Shown in pieces: positions 10,093 to 21,232 of a stretch of 64,000 nucleotides of DNA (its first letter is position 1; each line of letters begins with the position of its first letter). The notes beneath the pieces were generated by a model. The model was given only the letters and a program-made list of their open reading frames with translations, did no database searches and was not told the origin of the DNA. The DNA is from a virus (lineage: Duplodnaviria; Caudoviricetes): positions 64,001 through 128,000 of the IMG/VR virus record IMGVR_UViG_3300014059_000005; one strand, written 5' to 3'. The translations under genes were made by a program, and so were the position numbers.

Positions 10093-10465
10093 TGTGCGAT
10101 CGTTCCATAGAACTTTGTATAGTGGCATCTTAGAAACCGTCACCTTGCTCCAGCGTGACGACGGTATGAACGCCAGTCAAATTCGGACAGTCAAGCTCTT
10201 TAATGTAAGATGGAGTCGTGCCAGGAAGCGTGGTCAGCAACTCGATGGAGATGTATCCAGCGACCACAGACGGGAACTACACATCCCCCAGAGTGAGATG
10301 GACCGGGTAGGTGTCAAACACATCAACCCACTGTATCGGTTCATCGACAAGGATGGTAGATACTGGATGCCGGAATCCGATGATACGATCACCCAGCAAC
10401 TGATGATGCAGCACTGGTGCGTGCCCTGCCAGAGAACTGATCCCATCCCCACATCAGGAGTCTGA
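10073..10465 (+). CDS. Putative head-closure/head-tail joining protein
   Basis: AGGAGGA RBS; ~130 aa beta-rich; located between connector and tail tube genes. Confidence 0.5.
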   Translation: MPLNPNNVRSFHRTLYSGILETVTLLQRDDGMNASQIRTVKLFNVRWSRARKRGQQLDGDVSSDHRRELHIPQSEMDRVGVKHINPLYRFIDKDGRYWMPESDDTITQQLMMQHWCVPCQRTDPIPTSGV

Positions 10466-10466
10466 C

Positions 10467-11057
10467 ATGGCGTTCCAGCGGGAGTACCAGGTCTTCGGGG
10501 AGTTCATGGTCTACGTCTTCGGTGGGGGCGGACTCTACGATGATCTGACCGAACTGGGACTAACGTCGGAGTCGATTGTCGTCCGGCCACGATACTTCCA
10601 CCAGCCCGTCCTGGCTTCCGATTTCGGCAGGGACACCCCGGCCGACGTCCTGTTCATGGGTGGTTATGTCGATCTGTACATGACCCTGGTCCACTTCGAT
10701 TTCGAGGTGTTGCAGGAGTGTATGGGCCTGGTCCTGGGCAACGGTGGGACGGCGGACGGAACATTCGGGCCTATGGGGCAACCACTTGGTGGGGGCGGAT
10801 CTCCCGGGTCTACGGTCAACAACTTCGTGTCGGTCAACCTCATGCCTCTAGGTGGGGCCGGGACCATCGCCCAGCCCTGGAGGTTCCGCCAATGCTACAT
10901 CAACGGCGATCCCCTGGAGATCCCGATGGGGACCGAGAAGTCGATGGTCCGTATCAACTGGCGGTGCATCCCACTGGTAGTCCCCAGCAGCAGCGGTGAC
11001 TGGGATGTATCCTCGGATGGAGCAGTGATTTTCGATCATGAGTTGGATGGACCTTGA
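10467..11057 (+). CDS. Tail tube-like protein, paralog 1
   Basis: Shares 'LGL.SESI', 'MTLVHFD..VL..C' and 'E.P.GTEKS.V...W..IP' with 11184-11762; upstream of chaperone/TMP. Confidence 0.6.
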   Translation: MAFQREYQVFGEFMVYVFGGGGLYDDLTELGLTSESIVVRPRYFHQPVLASDFGRDTPADVLFMGGYVDLYMTLVHFDFEVLQECMGLVLGNGGTADGTFGPMGQPLGGGGSPGSTVNNFVSVNLMPLGGAGTIAQPWRFRQCYINGDPLEIPMGTEKSMVRINWRCIPLVVPSSSGDWDVSSDGAVIFDHELDGP

Positions 11058-11183
11058 TTGGATCCTGGACTGGATCCTGGATCTACCTCGATATTCCACA
11101 AAGGGTTAAAATCACAATTGTGTGGCGGAAGGGATCAACGGCGATCTCTCCCATCACTCACTGACAACACGGGCTAGGAGAGT

Positions 11184-11762
11184 TTGGATATGGCCAGACA
11201 GTACTTTGTGATGGGTGAAAGCATGGTTCTCGTCAAGGGGCGTTCCGATTCCGCCATCGGAACTCTCACTCAGCTTGGACTGTGCTCTGAGTCCATCCGA
11301 ATCACCATCGAGCAGGAACGCAAACCGATCATCGTCGATGCCTACGGTTCCAAACCTCCGGAGTCCCAGTTCTTCGGGGCAATGGCCAGGATCCAGATGA
11401 CCCTGGTCCATTTCGATCCGGCGGTCCTGGAAGTCTGTCTCCAGGAGTCCTGGGGTAGCTCCCCGGCCGCAGGGCAGCTGGGCCATGCTGGATCGCTCAT
11501 GGGCAATGGGCTGGCACTGTTCGCCGCAGGTGGGGTCAATGGCAACCACTTCATCTCTCTCAATATCCAGTCGGCGGTCGGTCAGACCTCATGGAATTTC
11601 CCTTGCTCCTACCTGGCCGACAACCCGATGGAATGGCCTTTGGGGACCGAGAAGTCTCTGGTCTCTCTGACGTGGGAATCGATTCCCTACTCCGTCGATC
11701 CGTGGAACAGCGGTAACGGAAGCTACGGCGTCCCGATCTACACGCACACGTTGAGTACCTAG
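11184..11762 (+). CDS. Tail tube-like protein, paralog 2
   Basis: Paralog of the previous gene; immediately precedes the frameshifting chaperone. Confidence 0.65.
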   Translation: MDMARQYFVMGESMVLVKGRSDSAIGTLTQLGLCSESIRITIEQERKPIIVDAYGSKPPESQFFGAMARIQMTLVHFDPAVLEVCLQESWGSSPAAGQLGHAGSLMGNGLALFAAGGVNGNHFISLNIQSAVGQTSWNFPCSYLADNPMEWPLGTEKSLVSLTWESIPYSVDPWNSGNGSYGVPIYTHTLST

Positions 11763-11822
11763 TCTACCTCCAATATCTCAAATACAGCGTTTACCGCTAC
11801 CCAGTCACCAGGTCACTACAAC

Positions 11823-12484
11823 ATGCTCCGAAAGTTTGTCAACTGGCTTCACAAGCGGATGAACCGCCTGCCCTACATGGAGTACGACTTCTACTCCCCT
11901 ATGGAGAGGGTGATCTATTCCTATTTCGATGGGCAGACGGTGGTCCAGGCCGACCCCATGATGCTGTTCCGAAAGCTGGCTGTTCGGCAGCAGGATATGG
12001 CTTTGTGGGCCAGGGTTGCCGACTCCCAGTCCAAGGACGCCGTGATGGCAGAGGACAAGTTCTTGGAGCACGTCCGGGCGATCTTCGGGGTCAAGCCGTT
12101 CGAGGGAGGAGGTCTGACGGTCCAGGAGACCAAGGACCTCCTGGACCACTTCTACGGGTATTGTGTGCTGCTAAAAAAAAATTCGAGCGGGTCTTCGACA
12201 ACTGCGGGGGCAACATCGGTGCCTACTGGGCAACCTACGTCGGTGTCGTCCGCAGAGTCCTCGCCTCCCCCTCCTACGAGGAACACTTCGCCTTCTGGGT
12301 CCTCCAGCGAAGAACCCTCTACCGACAGTCCTCTGCCGTCGCCTTCGGATGTCGTGTCGCCCTAGGCTTCATCATTCCTGGAAGCGAGTATTACGAATCG
12401 ATCGCCACGGACGAAGAAGAAGCAAATCTACTACGCCGCCAGGACGACGCCTTGAGGAGGATCTTCGATGTCCAAAATCATTGA
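11823..12484 (+). CDS. Tail assembly chaperone G (11823-12365) and -1 frameshift product GT (to 12484)
   Basis: A9 run at 12173-12181 (L-K-K-N); the -1 frame is open to 12484; position between tail tube and TMP. Confidence 0.8.
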
Positions 12485-13934
12485 CTCCCTGGTGTGGGCG
12501 GCGTCCCAGCTCGCTCGCGCGACCAAGGCGATCTATTCTCTTCCTCATGATCTGACCACTGGTCTAACTAGAATTGTTTCGGACTTTGCCTCACAGTCCC
12601 AGCAGGATTGGTCGAATTTCAAAAAATGGGCTCAGTCACAGTTCTCCAAGCAGTCTGCTACAGGTGGCCCAGGACCGATTACCAATGTTGCCCAGTGGTT
12701 CAAGGATCTGGGTAATTGGGATGTTGGTGCCTGGGCTACCAAGGCCTGGCAATCGGTTGTTGCCAAGTCAGTCCCGGTGTGGACGAAATGGACAGCAGCT
12801 GGGACCACTCTCAACAACGTCGCAAAGACCTTCCAGGGACTTCTTAGATGGGCTGCTACCTTACTGTTCAAGATCCCGTTCCACCTTGCCAAGATGGGCT
12901 ATCAGAGTGCCCGGGGGACCGTAGCTAACCTGTACCGTGAGGGCGTAGGCAAGGAGGACGCCCGCACCGAGACCGCCAAGGCTTATCAGGGAGTCAAGGA
13001 CGCCGAAAGAGCACAACTCCTGGCGCCCTATGACCTGGCCTGGGCAAAGAGAAAAGAGGCGAAAGCTCTACGAAAATACCAAATAGCGCAGGCGAGCGTC
13101 AGTCTGAATCCGACGAATGCATCCCTGAAAAGAAAAGCGGTCGAGGCCCAGGCTAATTATCTGAACGCCCAGGCCAGGACATCGGAGGCCGAGGAGGCCC
13201 AGGCAGCCGCCCCCGAGAACATGGACAAGGCCCTGGCGAGGCTCAAAGCCGCCCAGAAGGCCCTGGGACAGACCAAGGGGGTCAGCGGTAAGGTTCTGGG
13301 CATCGGCAACGTCCTGGGTACGGCCGGGTCCACGGTGTCCAACGTCATTGGGGGGATCGCGGCCGGCGGGGCCTCGGGGGGAATCGGCGGAGCCCTGGGT
13401 GCTGCTGGGGGCATGATCTCCCGTCTCGGTGGTCCCTGGGGCATGGCCATTGGTGGTGTCATTACGATGGGTGCCACTGCCTTCAAGGTCACAGATACTC
13501 TAAGACGCTGGGGAGATGAACTCCACCGAAGCAATATGAGCCTCGCCGAATTCTCTGGCCTGATGGCGGGCGTGCAGGCCAGGAGGACGGTCCAGGAAGT
13601 CATCCTCTCCCGGCAGAAGGGCGACTACCTGTCGAAGTCCGCCGGTAGACTATCCGACGCCCAGATGGCCTCCGAGAGGGCGTGGGCTCCGGCCAAGGTC
13701 AAGTGGGACGAAGCCTGGAACGATGGACTGGCCGGAGTTTACAAGGGCTTGGAGTACCTGGCGGCTATCCACAACTGGCTGTTCAACATCGATCCGAATT
13801 TGCTCAATGGCAACAACAACGCCAATCCCGGCATGTCGTGGCTCGGGAACAACACTTTTGTGGATCAGGCCATTGCCCGCTGGGAGCAAGAGTATGGGCG
13901 TCCCGATCGGTTCATGAGCAATTACGGCCCGTGA
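12468..13934 (+). CDS. Putative (short) tape measure protein
   Basis: Ala/Gly-rich helical protein with periodic Trp and a GG-rich hydrophobic segment; follows the chaperone. Confidence 0.6.
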   Translation: MSKIIDSLVWAASQLARATKAIYSLPHDLTTGLTRIVSDFASQSQQDWSNFKKWAQSQFSKQSATGGPGPITNVAQWFKDLGNWDVGAWATKAWQSVVAKSVPVWTKWTAAGTTLNNVAKTFQGLLRWAATLLFKIPFHLAKMGYQSARGTVANLYREGVGKEDARTETAKAYQGVKDAERAQLLAPYDLAWAKRKEAKALRKYQIAQASVSLNPTNASLKRKAVEAQANYLNAQARTSEAEEAQAAAPENMDKALARLKAAQKALGQTKGVSGKVLGIGNVLGTAGSTVSNVIGGIAAGGASGGIGGALGAAGGMISRLGGPWGMAIGGVITMGATAFKVTDTLRRWGDELHRSNMSLAEFSGLMAGVQARRTVQEVILSRQKGDYLSKSAGRLSDAQMASERAWAPAKVKWDEAWNDGLAGVYKGLEYLAAIHNWLFNIDPNLLNGNNNANPGMSWLGNNTFVDQAIARWEQEYGRPDRFMSNYGP

Positions 13935-13943
13935 GAACTATCC

Positions 13944-15272
13944 ATGTCCATCCTCAAGTACAACGACATCACCCTGCCCTACTCGAACGTGACCCGTTTC
14001 TCCCAAGACGCGGTCTACGACGAGCAGGGCAATACCGACTGGTACTGCACGCGGTTCGACATCCAGGTGACGTGCTACATCAACCTGCAATATATCGAGA
14101 TGCTGAACCCCAGGTTCGCAACGGTCAACGCAGTATCCGGAGCGGCGGCGGTCATGAAGGCGATCCGCCAGGATCTCCTCCAGCCCAGAAAGCGTCTGTC
14201 CTTCGTCAGCAACGGGGTGGACTTGATCCCATCTCCGCAGGAGAACCCCAACGGCTCCCCCGTGGTCCGGGGGGTCATCGATGCCAAGAACGGTCCGCAG
14301 CCCCAATACTGCACCATCGATCCCGTCACCGACCACACCTTTATCCTCCAATTCGGGATCATCGCTCACTACTGGGAGACCAACACCAACACCATCACCT
14401 CTTCCGGGGTAAGCACGGTCAACCTGCGGGGCTGTCCAGTGCTCTACAACAGATGGTCCGAGACGGTGGAGATCGACAACTGTCAGTATTCCAAGAGAAC
14501 CCGCGAGGGGAAGTACATCATCCGATCGGACAACTACGAGGGCAAGACGGTAGACCAGTACCGGGCACAATTGGCCGTGCTCATGGTGCCCAAGGGGTTC
14601 CTGCGAGAGTCCGCCCGGTACACCGTATCCCCAGACGGCCTGGCACTCCAGTACACCATCGTGGACAAAGAGCACTATAAGCTGCCCCCGGAGTTCGCCT
14701 ACGAGGCCCACGGGGAATATACGGGCACGTCGGCCAACGGCGGTGGAAGCCTTACGGGAGAGGTTCGACTGCGACTCAGGGGTGGCCGCAACCCGAGATT
14801 CGGGAATCAGGACGACCTGGTGACCATTGCGGTGGTATTGTGTACCGCCAAACTGATGACGACCGCCAACGGGCCGGTACAGATCCGAACATTCCGAATC
14901 AAAACGGATATGTTCGACAATGCTGTGGATTTGTATATGTGCGCCATGATGAACGTGATCAACTCCCAGGTAAACGGGGTCGCCAATCTGACCAGCACCT
15001 ATAACGACAATTTTTTGAACAACATTACCTTCACTCCGTTGGTGGACGACAGCCCGGTCGGGGAGGACCCACCGACGTACACCGCACGCGGATCAGCACG
15101 TCTACTCCTCCAGGCGGCAGCGTATTACGATCCCAATCTAGCCAACGTGCCTGATCTCAAACCCGGCAAGGTTAGCGTGTCCTACGACGAGGACGTGCCT
15201 ACCATAGGGTCTCAGCAGAACACGGGTAAGAGGGTTCCCGGCGAAGCCGGGAGATATGGAGAGGATAGCTAA
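13944..15272 (+). CDS. Putative tail/baseplate protein
   Basis: 442-aa ORF after TMP. Confidence 0.5.
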   Translation: MSILKYNDITLPYSNVTRFSQDAVYDEQGNTDWYCTRFDIQVTCYINLQYIEMLNPRFATVNAVSGAAAVMKAIRQDLLQPRKRLSFVSNGVDLIPSPQENPNGSPVVRGVIDAKNGPQPQYCTIDPVTDHTFILQFGIIAHYWETNTNTITSSGVSTVNLRGCPVLYNRWSETVEIDNCQYSKRTREGKYIIRSDNYEGKTVDQYRAQLAVLMVPKGFLRESARYTVSPDGLALQYTIVDKEHYKLPPEFAYEAHGEYTGTSANGGGSLTGEVRLRLRGGRNPRFGNQDDLVTIAVVLCTAKLMTTANGPVQIRTFRIKTDMFDNAVDLYMCAMMNVINSQVNGVANLTSTYNDNFLNNITFTPLVDDSPVGEDPPTYTARGSARLLLQAAAYYDPNLANVPDLKPGKVSVSYDEDVPTIGSQQNTGKRVPGEAGRYGEDS

Positions 15273-15956
15273 ATGGCTGCACCCCCTCAAAATAACAACG
15301 CTACCCAGGCAAACGCCGCCTCGTACTTCAGTGTGGGTACGGGGCCGGTGACCCCCAACGGGGATAGCGGGAAGTATGACACCAGCAAGACCCGAAACCC
15401 CGGTATCTGGACCGACTGTCAGATCATCAACCGCTACGAATCCGATCGTCGGATCTACATGATGTCTCTGTGCTTTCCCAGGCCTGGCGGTGAGCGGATT
15501 CTCAGTACCGCAGGGGCGGGTGTGTCCCAGCACAGTACAGCCACCATTTCCAACACCTCTTCCTCCAAGCCATCTGTAGCGTTCGTTCAGTTGGGATCAC
15601 CGACCCTGTTGTGGATTTGTGACTGGACGGTCTGCCGCACCAGCGCAAAGCCCATCGCTCCCGATCCTGATCCTGGGGACTCCAACTGGGTTCTTCTCGA
15701 CGAGTGGATCGAGCCAGTCAAGATCGTGGTTCTGGACGACGCCCAGACGCCCGTGTACCGCTTGAGCGGGACCTACTTCTACGGGCACACCAACCCAAGC
15801 GCGAACCCCATCGACAACATGAACTTCCCACGACCTCCCTGGCTCCAGAACGCCTTCAGCCGAAATATCACCAAGGACATGTTCGATTCTGGGTTATCGA
15901 ACGACTCAGGAATTGCAGGTGGTGGGGGACATCCTGCACAACCAATCACTCAGTAA
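15273..15956 (+). CDS. Putative tail protein
   Basis: GAGG RBS; assigned by position. Confidence 0.45.
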   Translation: MAAPPQNNNATQANAASYFSVGTGPVTPNGDSGKYDTSKTRNPGIWTDCQIINRYESDRRIYMMSLCFPRPGGERILSTAGAGVSQHSTATISNTSSSKPSVAFVQLGSPTLLWICDWTVCRTSAKPIAPDPDPGDSNWVLLDEWIEPVKIVVLDDAQTPVYRLSGTYFYGHTNPSANPIDNMNFPRPPWLQNAFSRNITKDMFDSGLSNDSGIAGGGGHPAQPITQ

Positions 15957-15991
15957 GGTATCCACAAACCACGGAGCAGGGGACATAAGAG

Positions 15992-17395
15992 ATGGCTATC
16001 AGTTTTAATAGCGCAACAGGAAACTTGTTTAACCGTCTGGGCTCCGTTGGTGCCCTGATCGCCAACGCCCGAACCCACCAGTTGATCCAGTTGACCGCCA
16101 TGACGAACACCACTACGGGCGTGGTGGCCGAGTACAACTCGGAATCCGACATCCAGGCCATCATGGGGTCGAGCTACATCAGCATCCTCCAGTCCATCGG
16201 TTCGACGGTCAGTTCCACCTGTCAGCAGATAGCCGAACAGACGGTCAATCGCATGGTGTTCCGGGATTTCGCCCGGCTCAACCAGAACCTGACCCAGACC
16301 AACACCTTGGGTTCTCTGGTGGAGATCATCCGTCAGATGCAAGCTGCTGGAGCCACGGTTCTGGCCATGACCATTGGAGCATCTTCCACAGCCTTCACCG
16401 GAGATGGTAATGGTGTCGTCAACGTCTCCACCAAGAGGCCCTACGATGGCCTGGTCCTGGAGAATGCCTTTGCCGAGACCATCACCTATACCTGTAGCGC
16501 GGACTCCTACTCAGGTGGTGCTACCGAGGGTGCGGAGGTCTTCTCGGTAAACGGTCAGGGATCCCAGTCCGATCTATTTGCCTTCGACTGGCCTCTGGGA
16601 TCCAATGCCCAGACCACGCTCACCGCGATCGATGGAGATTCGGATAACACCAACGGTAATCTTCTGACCAACTCGGGGTTCGCTTCCTGGACGGGCAATA
16701 CTCCAGATTACTTCACCATCGAGGTGGGCACAGCTGGGACCAATGTGGTCAAGGAAGCTAGCATCGTCTACTCCGGTAGTTATTCGATGGCCCTCCCTGG
16801 GGATGGAACCACGCAGGTAGACATCCAGCAGGTGTTCGACGATAGCACTGGAACCCTGGGAACACTGTCCCCGCAGACCCAGTATTCGTTCAACATCTTC
16901 CTGCGACGGGGTGGGACGGAGATCGGTAGCGGTGTCCTCCAGGTGGCCCTGGTAGACGCCGATGGAGACATCCTCCAGGATGTGGCTGGGGTCAACAATT
17001 CCTTCAATATCGATCTGACCAATCTCAACACGGTGTTCACTGCCTACACGGGGGTGTTCCGTACCGGACAGATCCTGCCAGATACCGTCTACTTGCGATT
17101 GCTCCAGACCACTCCCATCCAGTCGAGTCGGACGGTCTACGCTGGCAAGATGAGTCTGGGTATCATGTCCCAGTTCTACACCTGTGGTCCATTCCTGGCG
17201 ATCCACTCGGGGTCAGATCCGTTCCTATTTGGAGATTATGCCTACACCACCATCACCAACAGTAGAGGATCTGGAGGGACGCTGAACACCTGGCAAACTT
17301 GCATGGCGCGTTTGTTCAGTAGTTATGTGTACAGTAATGAACTCTTGTTCCCCTCATCGGCCAGTCCTACTATCAGCGATTCGCTGATTGCTTAA
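15992..17395 (+). CDS. Virion protein with carbohydrate-binding-like beta domain
   Basis: 'NLLTNSGF..W' CBM-like start motif; Thr/Gly/Ser-rich. Confidence 0.5.
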   Translation: MAISFNSATGNLFNRLGSVGALIANARTHQLIQLTAMTNTTTGVVAEYNSESDIQAIMGSSYISILQSIGSTVSSTCQQIAEQTVNRMVFRDFARLNQNLTQTNTLGSLVEIIRQMQAAGATVLAMTIGASSTAFTGDGNGVVNVSTKRPYDGLVLENAFAETITYTCSADSYSGGATEGAEVFSVNGQGSQSDLFAFDWPLGSNAQTTLTAIDGDSDNTNGNLLTNSGFASWTGNTPDYFTIEVGTAGTNVVKEASIVYSGSYSMALPGDGTTQVDIQQVFDDSTGTLGTLSPQTQYSFNIFLRRGGTEIGSGVLQVALVDADGDILQDVAGVNNSFNIDLTNLNTVFTAYTGVFRTGQILPDTVYLRLLQTTPIQSSRTVYAGKMSLGIMSQFYTCGPFLAIHSGSDPFLFGDYAYTTITNSRGSGGTLNTWQTCMARLFSSYVYSNELLFPSSASPTISDSLIA

Positions 17396-17477
17396 AGATA
17401 TCAATTGTCCGGTATTATCTGCTTGTCGCTGTCTATCCGAGAGACTATCCTAATGGATCCATCGGATACAGGACATC

Positions 17478-18329
17478 ATGACGCAAATCGATATCACCAT
17501 CGTCTATCTGACCCATCGACCCGGTGGGATCGATATGCTGGCAGAATCTCTGCGGCACCAGATCCCAACTTACGAACTGGTGGTCATCGACGGTTATCCT
17601 GGCAGAGTCGAGCGGGGTGTGGCCAGACAGTATCTGCTGGATGCCGGGGTACGACTGGCCCACTATGGCAAGCCCAAACCCCGATCCTATCCTGGATCTG
17701 CAACTGGGTTCGCCAACGCCATGAACACGGGGGCTCTGTGGGTACGTTCTCCCTACGTCGTATTCCTGCACGATTTCACCTACATGCTCCCAGGAGCCAT
17801 TAGTCAGTGGATGGTGTGCCGTAGGTTCCATCCCGCCAGGAGTCTGATCTCTGGCATTGCTTCGATGCGTGATGTCCAGCCCCCAGAGAATACCACCGAT
17901 CTGTCCTTGTGGGGCGACCCCGGCACCTGTCTGCGCAATCTCTACAACGAGACCGAGCGATGGGTGCCCCGGAAGTTCGAGTTGTTCTACGCAGGATTTC
18001 CCATCGATTTCATAACGGCTATCAATGGCTTCGACGAGCGAGCCGATACTGGGCACATCAACTGGACCTATGCTTCGGTGATCCATCAAGCTGAAGCCCA
18101 CGAATACTCCCTCCGAGTCGATCCCCGATTGGAGGTCATCATGGGCAATCACCGCAAATGGGGCGAATCCGAATCGGACTCCCCAGATTCGGGAAACTCG
18201 AAATTGTGGTATCCTGCCAGAGAGCCCGAAGCCAAAGTGAAAAGGCCGGAATGGCTCCCGGCCTCGCCCAATCCCTACACGTTCAGAAATTTGCGTAAGA
18301 TGTACAGCGAACTGGAGCGATTGCTCTAA
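17478..18329 (+). CDS. Glycosyltransferase family 2-like protein
   Basis: 'ELVVIDG', 'A.N.G', 'YVVFLHDF', 'INGFDE' GT-A motifs. Confidence 0.75.
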   Translation: MTQIDITIVYLTHRPGGIDMLAESLRHQIPTYELVVIDGYPGRVERGVARQYLLDAGVRLAHYGKPKPRSYPGSATGFANAMNTGALWVRSPYVVFLHDFTYMLPGAISQWMVCRRFHPARSLISGIASMRDVQPPENTTDLSLWGDPGTCLRNLYNETERWVPRKFELFYAGFPIDFITAINGFDERADTGHINWTYASVIHQAEAHEYSLRVDPRLEVIMGNHRKWGESESDSPDSGNSKLWYPAREPEAKVKRPEWLPASPNPYTFRNLRKMYSELERLL

Positions 18330-18370
18330 TAGATCGGTTGTTCTGACAGGCTGCCCCGACAGGAATTCCT

Positions 18371-21232
18371 ATGGCTTTCTCCTACCAGATGACATTCGGC
18401 GAGGTTCCGTTTTGCGGAGATACCGCGACGGTCTACCGTATGCCCATGAAGGTCCCCGAGGGTGAGGAATCGACCAAGGAGGGGATGGCACCCTTCAAGC
18501 ACCAACCCATGACGGAGTTGCTGGAGGAACTGGATAGGCTCATCCCTTTCCGGAATATCCACGATCTGCCTGGTATGGGCTATCTCAGCAAGAACCTGTG
18601 CTCGATCGCCCACAAGAACCCTCCCAATGTCGATCCCAGCCACAACGTCCATATCAATGATTTCTACTACCCCAACTGCATTACTCGTTGGGGGGTATTC
18701 CGGGGCCTGGTGACATCCACCAACGTCAAGGAGATGCTGAAATTGACCAGAGGAACCGATCCTCTGGAATTCGTGATGAAGTGCATGCCCAGCAGTGCCA
18801 GTAACGGCAGCAGCACCGCTGACTACACGATCACCACGGAAATGTACATGCTCCCTCCCCACAATCTGGTGGAGCATGGAGGCAGATTCGATGGGCTCTA
18901 TCTCGTCACCCTGGTGGATGATCGCTACTATCTCCAGGACTATGTAGCAACTTTGCACTATGCTCAGGACGCCGTCTGGGCAGACCTGCTCGATGATCTA
19001 GCAGCGGTCCTCGGTATCACCCTGACCTACGACGATGTGGAGGAGGTCTACTCCCGTCCCGATGGAGACAGCCAACTCTGGACCACCAATGAGTCGGCCA
19101 CGGTACTCCTGGATGCAGTAGCATTCAACATCGGCAGGGTCGTGGTACGGAAACTGGACGGGACCTACGAATTGCAATCGGTCGATGACGCCTACTCCAC
19201 GGTGCTCCTCAACCGTGGCAGCGTCAATAGCGTGGTCCGAGTGGCAGGCGGTAGCTTCTTCGAGAACCCCAACCCCTTTCCCGTGGGGTCCCTGGAGGAA
19301 GCCAAGAACTCCGCTGTGCCCTCTCAGGTGCAGGTGAATTTCCCCTACTACGTCACCCAGGATCCCCAGGGGAACATCCCCCATCTGCTCAACGCCCGCA
19401 CTACCAACCAGAGACCCTCTACCTGGACCGAGGACGCTCATGGTGGTCTGTTCTCGGTGTTCGTGCCCATCCGTAGTGGTGGCATCTATGTCTCCGGGAA
19501 GGCGGGCACGGGGACAGCACAAATCTACGACACAGCCAAGGCCCTGATCTCGGGAGAAATCCATGCGGTCAGCGGTCTCGATCCTTACAACGCCTCGGGC
19601 CTGACCGCACTGGCCATGAAACTGGCACAGGACAGGTACGGTTTCCTGGCGGCAGCATCCCTGGATGAGGTCTATCCCGGTGTCTACAACTGGGAGCCCG
19701 ATGGTATCCACGACATCGTCTGGACCATCTCCGAGAAACGTCACGGGGCCTTTACCCGGGTCCTGCGATCGCCCTGGTCGCAATCAATCGACTATTTCCA
19801 GCATGCCATGCCAGAGTTGTCTGGGGTCTATACCACGGTCGCGTTCGGGGTAGGGGGCAAATCAGTCCCTCAGACCGTTCGGGACTCCTACGGGGCCTCT
19901 GGGACGTTCGTGGGCATGTCTGGAGCGTCCAGAACGATTCGGGCCAAACTGACGACGAAGTTATTCTCGGGGGATGCCTACGCCATACTCAATGGTGTGG
20001 ACTTCTTGCCTACCCAGAACCGCTGGCGGGCACAGATCGTGTCCTCGGGATTCAACCTGTCGGGATTACCCTACATCGCCCGCGAGGTGGTCCTGTTCGA
20101 GGGTACATCGGGAGGCATGTACTTCATCTCCGTGGGAGGAGCCCCGGTCCTGGTATCCCCTGGATACAGTCCTGGGATCGAGGAGCCACTACCCCGACAG
20201 CTAGCAGTCCAGATCGTCCAGCGGGGTGTCGATGGCACATTCATCCCCGAGCAACACAATGTCAGTGGCGAGGTCTGGGAAGTTCTTCCCGACACGGTGT
20301 ACGGGGCCAATGTGGTGTCCCACGAGAAGGGACAGTTCAACTTCCACAAGGCGTGGACCTCGGGAGGAGTACAGGAAGTCAGCATCGTCCCTCAGACCCA
20401 GAGCGTGTTCGTCCTCGATGGCTCTGGGGCGATCATCAATCACCGGCTCATGCAGTCGGGAGTGCTCAATACCTTCGATCCCACAAGAGTGTCCGGACAA
20501 TGGGTGCTCAACGAGTACGTCTGGGTTACAGAGCGGAATACCAATATCTTCGCCAACTCTGGACTACTCCACTCTGGGAATCTGTCGGGGGGAAGTATCT
20601 CGGGACAGGTGTCCTACTCGGGTATGTACTTCTCAGGACTCAATCAGAGCGGGCACAACTTCGGCCCACTCCTGTCTGGATGCCGATTCGACGGCCAGCT
20701 AGTTGGGTTCAGTATTCGGGAGTCGGGTAAGGTGTCGGCCCCGGTCTACGCCGTGGACATGGGAGGAGGTGCCGATGGCACCTTCCTGGCCCAGTTGGTG
20801 GAAAAGAACTACTCAGGTAACACCATTCGCTACTACTGGTGGCCAGTCCAGGACGTCATCGCCACCACGGAGATCACCGGGGAGCCCTATCTCGACTACG
20901 AGATCATCAACGAGAACGACTACTGGAACAACTACCTCGTCAAGCCTCCCTGCTTCCATGAGCAGAATATCGACCTGCCCGTCTTCCCCCTGCTCCCATT
21001 CGAGGTGGGTGGTACGACCTATAGCGGTGGTGGTATCCAACCTTTGAGTATCGTGCGACTACGTCAGGGAGCCGGAAACTTCTATCTATGCAATCAGAAG
21101 CCCTGGGAGGATCTATTCCGCAGGACGTCGGATTCGGATGCTCAGGGGGTCGTAGCCTACCACTACTTCTACAACCAGAACACGAGCGCCTTCCAGGACG
21201 GGCAGGAAGTGCGTCTGATCGTACCATCTTGA
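18371..21232 (+). CDS. Large tail (hub/tip-like) protein
   Basis: 953-aa ORF; 'L.DDRYY...W..LL..LA..LG' hub-like segment. Confidence 0.5.
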   Translation: MAFSYQMTFGEVPFCGDTATVYRMPMKVPEGEESTKEGMAPFKHQPMTELLEELDRLIPFRNIHDLPGMGYLSKNLCSIAHKNPPNVDPSHNVHINDFYYPNCITRWGVFRGLVTSTNVKEMLKLTRGTDPLEFVMKCMPSSASNGSSTADYTITTEMYMLPPHNLVEHGGRFDGLYLVTLVDDRYYLQDYVATLHYAQDAVWADLLDDLAAVLGITLTYDDVEEVYSRPDGDSQLWTTNESATVLLDAVAFNIGRVVVRKLDGTYELQSVDDAYSTVLLNRGSVNSVVRVAGGSFFENPNPFPVGSLEEAKNSAVPSQVQVNFPYYVTQDPQGNIPHLLNARTTNQRPSTWTEDAHGGLFSVFVPIRSGGIYVSGKAGTGTAQIYDTAKALISGEIHAVSGLDPYNASGLTALAMKLAQDRYGFLAAASLDEVYPGVYNWEPDGIHDIVWTISEKRHGAFTRVLRSPWSQSIDYFQHAMPELSGVYTTVAFGVGGKSVPQTVRDSYGASGTFVGMSGASRTIRAKLTTKLFSGDAYAILNGVDFLPTQNRWRAQIVSSGFNLSGLPYIAREVVLFEGTSGGMYFISVGGAPVLVSPGYSPGIEEPLPRQLAVQIVQRGVDGTFIPEQHNVSGEVWEVLPDTVYGANVVSHEKGQFNFHKAWTSGGVQEVSIVPQTQSVFVLDGSGAIINHRLMQSGVLNTFDPTRVSGQWVLNEYVWVTERNTNIFANSGLLHSGNLSGGSISGQVSYSGMYFSGLNQSGHNFGPLLSGCRFDGQLVGFSIRESGKVSAPVYAVDMGGGADGTFLAQLVEKNYSGNTIRYYWWPVQDVIATTEITGEPYLDYEIINENDYWNNYLVKPPCFHEQNIDLPVFPLLPFEVGGTTYSGGGIQPLSIVRLRQGAGNFYLCNQKPWEDLFRRTSDSDAQGVVAYHYFYNQNTSAFQDGQEVRLIVPS

